A model generated the notes under the pieces. The model was not told the origin of the DNA and did not search any database. It saw nothing but the letters and a program-made list of their open reading frames with translations. Shown here piece by piece: positions 56,560 to 64,000 of a stretch of 64,000 bases of DNA (position 1 is the stretch's first letter; each line of letters starts with the position of its first letter). Source of the stretch: the human T2T-CHM13v2.0 reference genome, Homo sapiens; assembly GCF_009914755.1 (NCBI RefSeq), contig NC_060945.1; one strand, 5' to 3'. Made by a program: the position numbers and the translations under genes.

Positions 56560-58949
56560 GAATGGAATGGAATGGAATGGAGTGAAATGGAATGGAATCA
56601 ACCCGAGTGGAATGGAATGGAATGGAAGGGAATGGAATGGAAGGGAAAGGAATGGAAAGGAATGGAATGGATTGGTATGGCATCAACATTAGCAGAATGG
56701 AATGGAATGGAATGGAAAAGAATGGAATGGAATAAAATGGAAGGGAATGCAATGGAATCAACCCGAATGAAATGGAGTGGAATGGAATGGAATGGAATCA
56801 ACCTGAGTGGAATGGAATTGAATGGAATGGAATGGAATGGAAACAACCCGAGTGGAATGGAATGGAATGGAATGGAATCAACCCGAGTGGAGTGGAATGG
56901 AATGAAACAGAATGGAATGGAATCAACCCCAGTTGAATGGAATGGAATGCAATGGAATGTAATGGAACAGTATGGAATGGAATAGAATGGAATGGAATCA
57001 ACTCGAGGGGAAAGGAATGGAATGGAAAGGAATGGAATGGAATTGATTGGAATGGAATGCAATGGAATGGAATGGTATGGAATGGAGTCAAACCGAGAGG
57101 AATGTAATTGAATGGAATTGAATGGAATGGAATGCAATGCAATGGAATGGAATGGAAACAACCCGAGTGAAATGGAATGCAATGGAGTGCAATGGAATGG
57201 AATGGAATGGAATTCAACGTAATGAAATCAAACCGAGTGGAATGGAATGCAATAGAAACGACTGAAATGTAATGGAATGGATTGGAATCAACCCGATTCC
57301 AATGCAACGGAGTGGAATGGAATGGAAAGGAATGGAATGGAATGGAATCAACCCGAGTGGAGTGTAATGGAATGGAATGGAAATGAATGGAATGGAATGG
57401 AATGGAATGGAACGGAATGGAATGAACCCGAGTGGAATGGAATGTAATGGAATGGAAAGGAACGGAATGGAATGGAATGGTATGGAATGGAATGAACACA
57501 AGTGGAATGGAGTGGAATGGAATGAAATTGAATGGAATGGAATGGAGTGGAATGGAAGGGGAAGGAATTGAATGGAAAGGAATGGAATGGAATGGGATGG
57601 GATGGAATAGAATGGAAAGGAATCAACCCGAATGAAATGGAGTGGAGTGGAATGGAATGGAAACAACCCGAGTGGAATGGAATGGAATGGAAAGGAATGG
57701 AATGGAAGGGAAAGGAATGTAATACAATGGTATGGAACAGAGTCAACCCGAGTGGAATGGAATGGAATGGAATGGATTGGAATGGAATGGAATGGAATGC
57801 AATGGAATGGAAAGAATTAACACGAATGGAATGCATTGGATTGGAATGGAAAGGAATGGAATGGAATGGAATGGAATGGAATGGAATGCAATGGAATGGA
57901 ATCAACACTAGTGGAATGATATGGAATGGAACGGAATGGAATGGAATGGAAAGGAATGGAATGGTATGGAATCAACCCAAGGGGAATGGAATGGACTGTA
58001 AAGGAATGGAACGGAATGGAATGGAATAAAATGTATTGGAATGGTATGGAACCAACCCGAGTGAAGTGGAATGGAATGGAATGTAATGGAATCAACGGGA
58101 ATGGAATGAAAAGGAATGGAATGGAATTCAATGTAATGGAATGGAATTCAATGGAATGGAAACAAATGGAAAGGAATGGAATGGAATGGAATGGAATGGA
58201 ATGGAATGGAATGGATAGGAATGGAATGGAATCAAACTGAGAGGAATGGATTGCAATGGAATGGAATTATCCCGAGTGGAATGGAATGGAATGGAATCAA
58301 CCCGAGTGGAATGGAAGGGAATGGAATGCAATGGAATGGAACAGAATAGAATTAGCCCGAGTGGCATGGAAGGGAATGGAATGGAATGGAATGGAATGGA
58401 ATGGAATGGAATCAACCCGATTGGAATGGAATGGAATGGAATGGAACGGTATGGAATGGAATAGAATGGAATGGAATCAACTCGAGTGGAAAGGAATGGA
58501 ATGGAAAGGAATGGAACGGAATAGAAAGGAATGGAATGCAGTGGAATGCAATGGCATGGAATGGATTCAACATGAGTGGAGTGGAATGGAATGGAATGGA
58601 ATTGAATGGAATGGAATGCAATGGAATGGAGTGGAATGGAATAAACACCAGTGGAATTGAATGGAATGGTATGGAATGGAATGGACAGGAATGGAATGGA
58701 ATGGAATGGAATGGAATGAACAGGAATGGATTGGAATCGAATGAAATCCACCCGAGTGAAATGGAATGGGTTGGGACGGGATGGAATGGAATGGAATGGA
58801 ATGGAATGGAATTAACCCGAGTGGCATGGAATGGAATGGAATGGAATAAACCCTAGTGGAATCGATTGGAATGGAGTGGAATGGAATGGAATGGCATGGA
58901 ATGCAATGGAATCAACTAGAATGGAAAGGAACGAAATCAACCTCAGTGG

Positions 58950-60300
58950 AATGGAATGGAATGGAATTTAATGAATGGAATGGAATAGAATGGAAACTAA
59001 TAGAAAGGAAAGAAAAGAACCCGAGTGGAATGGAATGCAATGGAATGCAGTGCAATGGAATGGAATGGAACGGAATTCAACGTAATGGAAACAAACCGAG
59101 TGGAATGGAATGGAATGGAATGGAAAGGATTGGAATGTAATGGAATGGACTGGAATAAACCTGATTCAAATGCAACGGAATGGAATGGAATGGAATGGAA
59201 TGGAATGAAATGGAAGGGAAAGAAATGGAATGGAAATGAATGGAATGGAATGGTATGGAATGGAATAGAATGGAATGGAATCAACACGAGTGGAAAGGAA
59301 TGGAATGGAAAGCAATGTAATGGAAAGGAAAGGAATGGAATGCAATGGTATGGAATGGTATCAACCCGAGTGGAATGGAATGGAATGTAATGGAAGAGAA
59401 TGGAATGGAAAACAGGAATGGAATGGAATCGAATGAAATCAACCGGAGTGGAATAGAGAGGAATGGAATGGAATGGAATGGAACGGAATGGAATGGATTC
59501 AACCTGAGTGGAATGGAATGGAATGGAATGGAATGAATGGAATGGAATGGAAGGGAAACTAATGGAAAGTAAAGGAAAGAACCCGAGTGGAATGGAATGC
59601 AATGCAATATAATGGAATGGAAAGGAATTCAAAGTAATGGAAACAAACCGAGTGGAATGGAATGGAATGGAAAGGATTGGAATGTAATGGAATGGATTGA
59701 AATCAACCCGATTCCAATGTAACGGAATGGAATGGAATGGAATGGAATGGAAAACAGGAATGGAATAGAAACGAATGAAATCAACCCAAATGGAATAGAA
59801 TGGAATGGAATGGAAAGGAATGGAATGGAATGGAAACAACTGGAATGGATTGGAATGCAATGCAATGGAATGGAATGGAATCAACCCGAGTGGAATGCAA
59901 TGGAATAGAACTGAATGGAATGGAATGGAATGGAATCAAACTAAGTGGAATGGATTGGAATGGAGTGGAATGGAATGGAACGGCATGGAGTGCAATGTAA
60001 TCAACTAGAATGGAATGGAATGGAATGGAATGGAATGGAACGGAGTCAACCTGAGTTTAATGGAGTGGAATGGAATGAATGGAAAGGGATGGAATGGAAA
60101 CTAATGGAAAGGAAAGAAAACAACCCGAGTGGAATGGAATGCAATGAATTGCAATGGAATAGAACGGAATGGAATGGAATTCAATGTAATGCAATCAAAC
60201 CGAGTGTAATGGAATGGAATGGAAAGGACTGGAAAGTAATGGAATGGATTGGAATCAAACCTATTACAATGCAACGGAATGGAATTGAATGGAATGGAAT
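58950..60300 (+). repeat. ~550-bp diverged triplication
   Basis: The TTCAA..TAAT marker occurs at 59076, 59628 and 60180. AAACTAAT occurs at 58994, 59556 and 60098. Confidence 0.75.
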
Positions 60301-61149
60301 GGAAGGGAATGGAATGGAACCTAAAGGAATGGAACGAACTGGAATGGAATGTAAAGAAATTGAATTGAATTGAATTGAATTGAATGGAATGGAATGGAAT
60401 GGAATGGAATTAACCTGAGTGGAGTGGAATTGAATGGAATGGAAATGAATGGAATGGAATGGAATGGAAAGGAACGGAAAGGAATGAACCCGAGTGGAAT
60501 GGAATGGAATGGAATGGAATGGAATGGAATGAAAAGGAATGGACTGGAATGGAATGGAATGGAATGGAATGGAATGGAATGGAATGGAACAGAGTGGAAT
60601 GGAATGGAATGGAATGGAATGGAATGCAATGGAATGGAATGGAACGGAGTGGAATGGAATGGAATGGAATGGAACGGAGTGGAATGGAATGGAATGGAAT
60701 GGAATGGAATGGAATGGAATGGATTGGAATGAAATGGAATGGAATCAACCTGAGTGGAATAGAGTGGAATGGAATGGATTGGTATGGAAAGGAATTGAAT
60801 GAAATGGAATGGAATGGAGTGGAATGGAATGGAATTGAATTGAATCGAAGGGAATGGAGTGTAATGGAATGAGATGGAATGGAATGGAAAGGAGTCAACC
60901 CAAATGGAATGGAATGGAATGGAATGCAATGGAATGGAATGGAATCAACCGTGTGGAATGGAATGGAAAGGAATGGAATGGAATGGAAAGGAACGGAATG
61001 GAATGGTATGGAATCAACCCGAGTGGAATCGTATGGAATGCAATGGAAAGGAATGGAGTGGAATAAAGTGGAATGGAATGGAATGGAATCAACCCGAGTG
61101 AAATGGAACCGAATGGAATCAACACGAGTGAAATGGAATGGAGTGGAAT

Positions 61150-61680
61150 GAAATGGAATCAACCAGAGTGGAATGGAATGGAATGGAATGCAATGGAATG
61201 GAATGGAATGGAATGGAAGGCATTGGAATCAACTGGAATGGAATGGAATGGAATGGAATCAATCCGGGTGGAATGGAATGGAATGGAATGGAATGGAGTG
61301 GAATGGAATGGAATGGAACGGAATGGAATCAATCCTGGTAGAATGGAATGGAATGGAATGGAGTGGAATGCTATGGAACGGAATCAACCCGAATGGAATG
61401 GAATGGAATGGAATGGAATGGGATGGAATGGAATGCAATGGAATGGAATGGATTTAACCCGATTGGAATGGAATGGAATGGAATGGAATGGAATGGAATG
61501 GAATGGACTGGAATGGAATCAACGCGAGTGGAATGGAGTGGAATGGAATGCAATGGAATGGAATGGAATGGAAGGCATTGGAATCAACTGGAATGGAATG
61601 GAATGGGACGGAATCAATCCGGGTGGAATGGAATGGAATAGAATGGAGTGGAATAGAATGGAACGGAATCAACCCAAATG
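61150..61680 (+). repeat. 355-bp tandem duplication
   Basis: GGAAGGCATTGGAATCAACTGG occurs at 61215/61570 and CAATCCGGGTGG at 61260/61615. Confidence 0.85.
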
Positions 61681-64000
61681 AAATGGAATGGAAAGGAATG
61701 GAATGGAATGGAATGGAATGGAATGGAATGGAATGGAATGGATTGGAATGGAATGGAATGGAATGCAATGGAATGGAATGGAATGGAATTAACACGAGTG
61801 AAATAGAATGGAATGAAATCAACTGGAATGGACTGAAATGTAATGGAATGGAATGGAATCAACCCGAGTGTAATGCAATGGAATGGAATGGAATGGAATG
61901 GAATGGAATGGAGTCAACCCAAGTGGAATGGATTGGAATGGAGTGGAATGGAATGGAACGGCATGGAATGCAAAGGAATCAACTGCAATGGAATGCAAAG
62001 GAATGGAATGGAATTGAATGGAATGGAATGGAATCAACCTGAGTTTAAGGGAGTGGAATGGAATGAATGGAAAGGAACGGAGTGGAAACTAATGGAATGG
62101 AAAGAAAACAACCCGAGTGGAATGGAATGCAATGAATTGCAATGGAATGGAATGGAATGCAATGGAATTCAACGTAATGTAAACAAACCGAGAGTAACGG
62201 AATGGAATGGAAAGACAGGAAAGTAATGGAATGGATTGGAACCAAACTGATTACAATGCAACGGAATGAAATTTAATGGAAGGGAAAGGAAGGGAATGGA
62301 ATGGAATGGAAAGGAATGGAATGAACTGGAATGGAATGTAAAGAAATGGAATTTAATTGAATGGAATGGAATGGAATGGAATGGAATTAACCAGAGTGGC
62401 GTGGAATTGAATGGAATGGAAATGAACGGAATGGAATGGAATGGAAAGGAACGCAAAGGAATGGATTGGAATGAAATGGAATGGAATCATCTCTGGTGGA
62501 ATCGAGTGGAATGGAATGGATTGGTATGGAAAGGAATCGAATGGAATGGAATGGAGGGGAAGGGAGTGGAATTGAATTGAATCGAATGGAATGGAGTGTA
62601 ATGGAATGGGAAGGAATGGAATGTAAAGGAATGCAATGCAATGGAATGGAATGGAATCAACCGTGTGGAATGGAATGGAATGGAATGGACAGGAATGGAA
62701 TGGAATGGAATGGAATGGAATGGAATGGTATGGAATCAACCCGATTGGAATAGTATGGAATGCAATGGAATGGAATGGAAAGGAATAAAATGGAATGGAA
62801 TGGAATGGAATCAACCCGAGTAAAATGGAATGGAATGGAATAGAATGGAATCAACCCAAGTGGAATGGAATGGAATGGAATGGAAAGAATGGAATGGAAT
62901 GGAATGGAATGCAATGGAATGGAATGGAATCAGATGGAATGGAATGGAGACAAGTGCAATGGAATGGAATGGATTGGAATTTAATGTAATGGAATCAACA
63001 CGAGTGGAATAGAATGGAATGGAATCGAGTGGAATGGAATGGAATTGAATGGCATAGAATGGAGTGGAATGGAAGGGAAAGGAAATAAATGGAATGGAAT
63101 GGAATGGAATGGAATGGAATGGAATGGAATGGAATGGAATGGGATGGAATGGGATGGAATAGAATGGAAAGAATCAACCAGAAAGGAAAGGAGTGGAAGG
63201 GAAAGAATGGAACGGAATGGAATGGAATGGAATGTTATAGAAGGGAATGGAATCAACTCGAGGGGAAAGGAATGGAATGGAAAGGAATGGAATGGAATGG
63301 ATTGGAATGGATTGCAATGAAATGCAATGGTATGGAATGGAGTCAACCCAAGAGCAATGTAATGGAATGGAATAGAATGGAATGGAATGGAATGCAATGG
63401 AATTGAGTTGAATGGAATAAACCCCAGAGGAATGGAATGGAATGACATGGAATGGAATGGTATGGATAGGAATGGAATGGAATGGAATGGAATAAACTGG
63501 AATGGAATGGAATGGAATGAAATCAAAAAAAGTGGACTGGAATGGAATGGAATGGAATTTAATGGAATGGAATCAACTGGAATGGAATGAAATGGAATGG
63601 AATGAAATGGAATGGAATGGAATGGAATGGAAACAACCCAAGTGGAATGGAATGCAATGGAATGCAATGGAATGCAATGGAATCGAATTCAACGTAATGT
63701 AAACAAACCGAGTGGAACGCAATGGAATGGAAAGGACTGAAATGTAATGGAAGTGATTGGAATCAAACCGATACCAATGCAACGGAATGGAAAGGAATGG
63801 TATCGAAAGGAAGGGAATGGAATGGAATGGAAAGGAATGGAATGAACTGGAAAGGAATGGAATGGAATGGAATATAATGGAATGGAATGGAATGGAATCA
63901 ACCCGAATGGAATGGAGTGGAATGGAATGAAATGGAATGGAATGCAATGGCAGGTATCAGAAACAACTGGAATGGAATGGAATGGAATGGAATGGAGTTG

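Larger units (their letters stand above)
1..64000 (+). repeat. Satellite III (HSat3)-type (GGAAT)n pentamer satellite array, diverged, running off both window ends
   Basis: GGAAT and one- or two-base variants tile every line. The + strand is purine-rich and C-poor throughout. The classical satellite III decamer CAACCCGAGT occurs from 46355 onward. The HSat2-type regular GGAATCATC pattern is not dominant. Confidence 0.97.
46061..64000 (+). repeat. Domain D: classical (GGAAT)n-CAACCCGAGT satellite III
   Basis: CAACCCGAGT and its variants (CAACACGAGT, CAACCTGAGT, CAACCCAAGT, CAAACCGAGT) are interspersed in longer pure GGAAT runs. GGACTCGAAT is essentially absent. Confidence 0.92.

Noticed and set aside
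389-63947. Hundreds of overlapping ORFs on both strands (MEWNG-like and IPFHS-like)
   Set aside because: A 5-bp repeat gives the same pentapeptide in all three frames and has no stop codon. The ORFs overlap in every frame, are low-complexity and show no recognisable domain.
46340-64000. CAACCCGAGT with variable intervening sequence as a CRISPR-like array
   Set aside because: The recurring unit is only 10 bp, the intervening DNA is GGAAT repeat rather than unique spacer, spacing is irregular and there are no cas genes.
1-64000. Embedded Alu/L1, alpha satellite, strand inversion or unique-sequence island
   Set aside because: No poly(A) tail, (ATTCC)n tract on the + strand, 171-bp monomer or non-satellite stretch longer than a few dozen bases was seen on reading the window.
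1-64000. Assignment to a specific chromosome, species or named HSat3 subfamily
   Set aside because: This needs k-mer classification or alignment to reference assemblies and cannot be supported by inspection.

Overview
All 64 kb is one uninterrupted, single-orientation pentamer satellite, (GGAAT)n on the + strand and (ATTCC)n on the - strand. This is classical human/hominoid satellite III (HSat3) heterochromatin. I saw no gene, RNA gene, transposon, CRISPR array or unique sequence. Every ORF in the track is a translation artefact of the pentamer (MEWNG repeats on +, IPFHS repeats on -). The array has four abutting sequence domains. A (1-~9.94 kb) is GGAAT with GGACTCGAAT decamers. B (~9.94-30.69 kb) is GGAGT-rich and modular, punctuated by a recurring GGCATCGAAT-GGAATCGAAT-GGAATGCGGTGAAGT switch motif. 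C (~30.69-46.06 kb) is GGACT/GGAATC[GA]AAT-rich. D (~46.06-64 kb) is the classical (GGAAT)n-CAACCCGAGT type. Each domain holds nested duplications from 60 bp to about 10 kb. I found no support for a new protein-coding or mobile system. The points of interest are satellite architecture and evolution. Chromosome, species and formal HSat3 subfamily cannot be assigned by eye. Coordinates were read manually and domain edges are approximate.
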